From an uncultured delta proteobacterium (GTDB lineage: Bacteria; Desulfobacterota; Binatia; UBA9968): a stretch of DNA of 64,000 bases. Of this stretch, positions 62,452 to 64,000 are shown in pieces (position 1 is the stretch's first letter; every line of letters begins with the position of its first letter). A program made the translations under genes and the position numbers. The stretch spans positions 96,001 through 160,000 of the forward strand of contig CAVSLC010000002.1 in NCBI GenBank assembly GCA_963728565.1. The letters run 5' to 3'. The notes beneath the pieces are model-generated. The model ran no database searches. It was given only the letters and a program-made list of their open reading frames with translations, and had not been told where the DNA came from.

Positions 62452-63534
62452 CTAGTCTCTGATGTCCTGTAGAAACCAGCTGGTGGGTATCTCTTGGCCG
62501 AGGCCGCGCCGTTTTGCCTCACGAACGACGTAGCCGGCAGTCGACGCAAATTGCAAGCCTTGAGTGCCGCTGTTGGCAAAAAAGGTAATCTGATTGCGAT
62601 TTGCTCGACCTTGGAGTTTGCCGGACATGACATCGGTGAGCAGGGGGAAGTCGCTGGAAAAAATGTCGACTCGGGGATTGGCGATTCTCTTGATCTCCTC
62701 CTCGTTGCCGGCGACCACGGCCGCTTCGCCGCCGATGCGCCGCATCCCGACATCGAGGTTCATCGTGGCCCGGCCCATTTTGATGACGAGATCGGATTGT
62801 TTCACGATCTCGGGGCTCCATTCGTTGGATTTGACACAAGTGAGGTGCATGCCGGGCTCGATCCACGAGGGATCTTGGACGACGACTTGAATGGAATCGG
62901 TGCAGGTGGCGACGATGTCGCACCCGCGCACGGCATCCTCCGGTCGTTCTACAGGTATGATTTTGATTGCTAACTTCTCACTCATTTCTTGGGCAAAAGT
63001 GTCACGATTCTTTTTTGTCGGGCTGTAAACCCGTACCTCGGTAATTTTCCTGACCTCATTGAAAGCCAGCAGATACGTGCGCGCCATTCCGCCTGCGCCG
63101 AAGATGCCGATCACGTGGGAATCTTCACGCGATAGATATTTCACGCCCAAACCGGCGCAGCCACCGACGCGCATATGCTGGATGATGCCGTCATTGATAA
63201 TTGCCAATGGCTCGCCGTTGCGGGTGGAAAATACCATGACGATGCCACAGAAGGTTCCCGGCTCGATGCAATATTTTTCCACCGTCTTTCCCTCAGGCCA
63301 TTCCAGCATGTCAGACTTCATGCGAATGGCGAAAGTTTCGAAGCTCCTGGAGGCTCCTTCCATGGTACCCCAGCGATACATTATTTTTGGATCGTCGTTG
63401 GGCACGAATAGGTCGTAACGGCCGCGGTAGACAGCGCGTTCATTGATGAGATCGCGATAGCCGGTTTCCAACGCGGCCATGCAACCTTTCATGTCGAGAA
63501 TCTGCTCGACGGTTTGATTATTAATCAGCAGCAT
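62452..63534 (-). CDS. Ornithine cyclodeaminase/mu-crystallin family protein
   Basis: G.PLA......Q.MRVG, YLSRED, GAGGMA, CDIVATCT, GLQFA. Confidence 0.88.
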   Translation of the reverse strand: MLLINNQTVEQILDMKGCMAALETGYRDLINERAVYRGRYDLFVPNDDPKIMYRWGTMEGASRSFETFAIRMKSDMLEWPEGKTVEKYCIEPGTFCGIVMVFSTRNGEPLAIINDGIIQHMRVGGCAGLGVKYLSREDSHVIGIFGAGGMARTYLLAFNEVRKITEVRVYSPTKKNRDTFAQEMSEKLAIKIIPVERPEDAVRGCDIVATCTDSIQVVVQDPSWIEPGMHLTCVKSNEWSPEIVKQSDLVIKMGRATMNLDVGMRRIGGEAAVVAGNEEEIKRIANPRVDIFSSDFPLLTDVMSGKLQGRANRNQITFFANSGTQGLQFASTAGYVVREAKRRGLGQEIPTSWFLQDIRD

Positions 63535-63786
63535 GAAGCCTCCTATCGAAGTTCAAAGAACAAGCTTCCTCTATTTCGCAGAAGCTTTGACAATGCAAGA
63601 GCAGTCGGACTGTAGCAAAAATGACTTATGAAAGCTTAAAACTGACTTCGCGGATTGTTCAGATTTCCGCTTATTCAGGCTTTTCAAAAAACGCGAGTAA
63701 GGCGGGATTGTCGAGAGCTGAGGCATATCGGACGTTGCAGGATTACGGGCAGCTGAACGAAGTGTCAAAGGCTGCCTGCGCAGCCG

Positions 63787-64000
63787 CTAACTGTCCAAAT
63801 CGGGTTTAGGAAGAACTACATGGGGGACGCCTTCATCGGCAAGCTCAGCTGCTTCGCTAGCCGTCGCCGTGCCGTGAATCGGCCGCTCTTCAGCCTTGCC
63901 CTGGTGAATCTGCCGCGCCTCATCGGCAAAGCGAGATCCGACGTCTTCGAAATTCTGCTTAACGTAATGGTGAACCTTAAGTAGCATTTCCTTAAATTCA
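63787..64000 (-). CDS. DUF1178 family protein, 5'-truncated by window edge
   Basis: EDVG.RFADEAR.IH.G.AEER.I.G.A...EA.EL..EG. Confidence 0.85.
   Translation of the reverse strand, partial: EFKEMLLKVHHYVKQNFEDVGSRFADEARQIHQGKAEERPIHGTATASEAAELADEGVPHVVLPKPDLDS

Overview
Bacterial, moderately GC-rich window that looks metagenomic; the gene content is reminiscent of Candidatus Binatia/Deltaproteobacteria-like organisms (inference only). About a dozen single-base frameshifts in otherwise intact genes point to long-read consensus errors. In order: (1) glycosyltransferases flanking two convergent secreted FG-GAP-repeat proteins, one an M10 metalloprotease with an N-terminal domain that is also encoded as a stand-alone gene upstream; (2) a type II secretion operon gspEFGHIJKLM-(C-like)-D whose secretin carries a C-terminal SPOR domain; (3) a tightly packed cofactor operon: yqeB-coxD-coxE-xdhC, then archaeal-type CTP-dependent riboflavin kinase, ubiX, type-2 IPP isomerase, two PNPOx-fold proteins and a MacAB-type exporter, which reads like a self-contained prenyl-FMN supply module with no UbiD client; (4) rnr, DUF4911, AsmA, a paaFGHJ-like lower pathway with TetR, peroxiredoxin, VIT1, nfo and DUF885; (5) an accessory stretch with a ParE remnant, EVE, a His-rich methyltransferase, Phd-VapC, an uncalled AhpD/CMD-like selenoprotein (CxxU plus a SECIS-like hairpin), a disrupted TIR gene and a HEPN-nucleotidyltransferase fusion; (6) a TPMT-like methyltransferase, tandem MBL hydrolases, ppa, a stress islet with divergent sigma-54 promoters, a two-component pair, a coiled-coil repeat protein, an ornithine cyclodeaminase-family gene and partial DUF1178. 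No tRNA, rRNA, CRISPR array or intact transposase was recognised.
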